From the NCBI GenBank assembly GCA_905178155.1, contig CAJINV010000002.1:11951327-12015326 (forward strand): a stretch of DNA of 64,000 bases, in the 5' to 3' direction. Source of the DNA: Amoebophrya sp. A120 (Eukaryota > Protista > Dinoflagellata). Of this stretch, positions 61,045 through 64,000 are shown one piece after another. The translations under genes were made by a program, and so were the position numbers. Under the pieces are notes generated by a model. The model made no database searches. It was not told the origin of the DNA and was given only the letters and a program-made list of their open reading frames with translations. How positions within the stretch are numbered: the first letter of the stretch is position 1; every line of letters begins with the position of its first letter.

Positions 61045-63245
61045 ATGGGTGCTGAAGAGACTGCCGCTTTGGCGGATACCGTTGAGACGGGTCCATCGAC
61101 CGATGACTTCGTCGCACTCAACTACTTGGCGCCGGGCGTATCAAGCAAGGTATACAAGTACAAAAGTCTGTGGTCCTTAGTCCTGGCTGTACCATTTTTT
61201 TTTTCGCAAGCAGCGCGTCTGCATGAAGATGAAGTAAGTAACTCCGGTTGCATGCATGACGATGACACGCAAGACCAAGAACGACACCAAGAAAGGTACT
61301 TATCGTGAGGCATTGATTTGACAAAGCCTGTCATTGTTTCTGTTTCACATCCGGACAAAGCAACGATTTGTTTCTCTCACACCAGATTGCCCGCAAGCGC
61401 GCAGAGGAAATGGAGAGAAGAAAGCGGATACTCAACGCCAAAGTGCGCACGATCGGCGTCGACAAGGAGACGCTCGACGCACAGGTCGCAATGAAGAAGG
61501 AGTCCGACGCGTTTGAGAAGGAACTCACAAGAGCGTACTTGATGCATAGATGCATTTATTCATGTTTGCAAATAATTTCTTTGAATTTTTCACTCAACGG
61601 TGATGCTGGATGTGATTTGAGATTGTCGAGATGGTAAACCGCAATTGAGTCCTGATTTCTTAGATTTTCTTCATGCGATTTTTTCTGACATTGTGCAGAG
61701 GCAGACCAGTCTGTCACTTTTAGATTCGATCATGACCATGATGAAGTTTCGACATGAAATGCAACAAGACGTTCAAACAAAAACAGGGAGGAAGAGGCCG
61801 TCTTAGCAGTGGATAATCAGTTGAAGATGTTGGAGGTAGAGAGAAAAAGATTGCACACCGAGGCTACCAGGGACGTCGTTGCATGGAACGCAAAAATGAA
61901 TACCAAAGAAGGCCGACGAGAATACGCCCTGTCGGACCCAAATCAACTGAAAAAGGAGAAGGCACTACCGGATGAAATGCTCGGAGTACTTTCATTTTCC
62001 GCGTTGCCTGGTTTGATAATGATACCTATAGAGCTTTTGCATTTTTCTTTTTGTATGGATCATCCATCACAATACTTAGTTACTGTGTGTCATTGACTCA
62101 GGTCTCATCTTTGTGCAAATTCGCGGGTGAGGACCCAGGAAAGGCGGTCCGTGTGAAGGCACAGCATGCACAGCAACGCAATTGGCTCGAGCAGCAGGTT
62201 TACGAGAAAAAAATGCTTAGCGAACTCGAAAAATCCAGCGATGCCGACTTCGCAGCATCACAGAAGGACTTGTTGTCGCTGAGGACGCGTAATATTTTGC
62301 ACCTTGGATAATTCTTTTAGCTTTAGACAATGTTTCTATGTATGTGAATGAGTTGGTCAGTTTATACATTTGGGTTTTGATGAATGACTTCACCTTTGAA
62401 AAACAAAAAGCCCAGCGCATGCACGAGAGAGAAAGAAAAAATGAAAATCCGCAACAGAAATCGAGAAAGAGGAAATCCAGTTACGAAAGGACGTCACCGC
62501 TTCGGCCCTTGAATACAACGCAAACAAGAGGAAAGAAACAGAAGAAGAAAGAGAAAAGTACGTTATACTCTTTTGTTCCTCTATGAAAATACTCCTCTTG
62601 AAATAATTTTGCCAATTCAATCAACATCAAATAAAAATCAAAGTCCCACTTTGGTGATAACCAAAAAAATCATTTCAAGGAACCGGTTCCAGCGCACTTT
62701 GGAGGAGAAAATCGCGGACTACCGAGAAAACACTTTCATCGCAACGGACCCCTTCACAAACGAAACCACGCCGCAGATCTGCCCCAACGGGCGCATCCGG
62801 CGAGACCACTTCCGGGGCCTCGGAAAGGAGTATTACTACCACACTGCGGACGTGCAGCGGCACCAGGCAGAATACGGCGCCGAGCTCGCAAAAGCGCTCG
62901 TACAACAATTTGGCGCTGCTGTTGCACAAGCACTTCGACTTCTATACGATGATTTCGTTCGTTTTGTTAATTATGAGAGTGCATAAAATGAATTATTGCA
63001 GTGAGTTAGAGCTAGAGGTTGAACTAGTAAAGCACTACCATTACCCATTAGAGGCTCGAACGCACTCGACCCTACTTCTTCTCTGACAACAGAAAGCGGA
63101 AGATCTGGCCCACGATGCTGTGGCGGAGGAAACGAGAAGAACGTTGGTCGGGTTGGAAAAGGAGAGGCTGAAAACCCACAAAGAAACTGTCTACGACGAA
63201 CTCCACACGAACGTCATCGACCCAGACAAAGCGAAGAAGAACAAG
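61045..63245 (+). CDS. RIB43A: RIB43A-domain flagellar microtubule inner protein; multi-exon, GT-AG introns, last exon not located
   Basis: Motifs ERRKRILNAKVRTIGVDKETLDAQV, REYALSDPNQLKKE, G|VSSLCKFAGED…QQRNWLEQQVYEKK and RIRRDHFRGL; the exons join in frame through GT-AG introns. Confidence 0.85.
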
Positions 63246-64000
63246 GTATGGATTGGTTTCATAGTAGAACTAAGCCTCGAATAAAACCGCAACTCGAAAA
63301 AATATCAAAGTGCCCCTGTGAAAGGTGTGACGAAAATAATGTATGAGTAGATGAATCAAGTGAAACTAGAACTACTTCTTCGTTGACGTTGAGTAGATGG
63401 AACGTTCGGGCATGATAAGGGAGGCCGTGAGGCGTGCCTGCGCTGTACTGACGTCCCGTACCGTGCGCGTTTTTCGCTGCCCTGTGTGGTCTCTCTGTCT
63501 TTTGACGTGAAGATCTTCTCGAAAGACATTTCTTTTCCCGTGGACATTTCGCTCGCCTTGTCGCCGCCATCAGGTTTTCTGTTTGCATGGACGAACGCGA
63601 CATCGACATTCTCAAACTTCTCAACCGACACTCTGTGCGGTGTCCGCATAACAGGTCGAAAAAGCCGACCTGGACCGATTCCTGTCGGGATTCGGCTCCT
63701 CCTCGCGATAGACTCAACATGAGATTGTTGAAAAGTTCTTGTTTGACTAAAAAGAAGAATGAATCGGATTCGAACATCGGAAAGAAGATGCAGAAAATCT
63801 ACATCTTCTCATCAACACAATCACCTACTTGCCCATAACCAATCGGCTTTGTGGAGCAAACTTCTACACGAGGGCAGGACGCAGAAACATCCATGTATGA
63901 AAGCCAGCTAAAATACATTTGATTGAATGAAACCTCGCAAAAAAAAATTGGGGTCGTCAGGCGTGAAGTTGTGATAAACAAGGAGTGTGGGGCGGTTTGT

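Noticed and set aside
63259-64000. Possible 3' end of a minus-strand gene
   Set aside because: Several competing short frames, with no recognisable motif within the window.

Overview
Eukaryotic nuclear DNA, most likely from the parasitic dinoflagellate Amoebophrya (Syndiniales). This is an inference from a perfect dinoflagellate spliced-leader sequence, non-canonical TAT...ATA introns and co-oriented genes. Bases 1-3.2 kb are a 148-bp hairpin-containing satellite. Bases 3.2-21 kb are gene-poor and include a 2.1-kb TIR element. Bases 21-63 kb hold a co-oriented (+) gene array: a giant Cys-repeat secreted protein, a TM protein, TAF5, adenylate kinase, an MPS1/TTK-like kinase with a C-terminal TM tail, an F-type-lectin protein, an MBOAT acyltransferase and RIB43A. 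Twelve independent MITE-like introners (150-442 bp, plus one of 1862 bp) interrupt coding exons of five genes. All begin TAT, end ATA, carry terminal inverted repeats and are flanked by 5-bp direct repeats. Removing the element plus one repeat restores the reading frame in every case. Two families occur in both orientations, and otherwise unrelated families share an iterated GCAWBACA motif. One introner contains a nested 1.57-kb insertion that starts with the complete 22-nt spliced leader and is flanked by a 10-12-bp target duplication, i.e. an apparent retroposed trans-spliced RNA. A 3-kb duplication next to an N starts at a chimeric introner whose junction could fuse two genes in frame.
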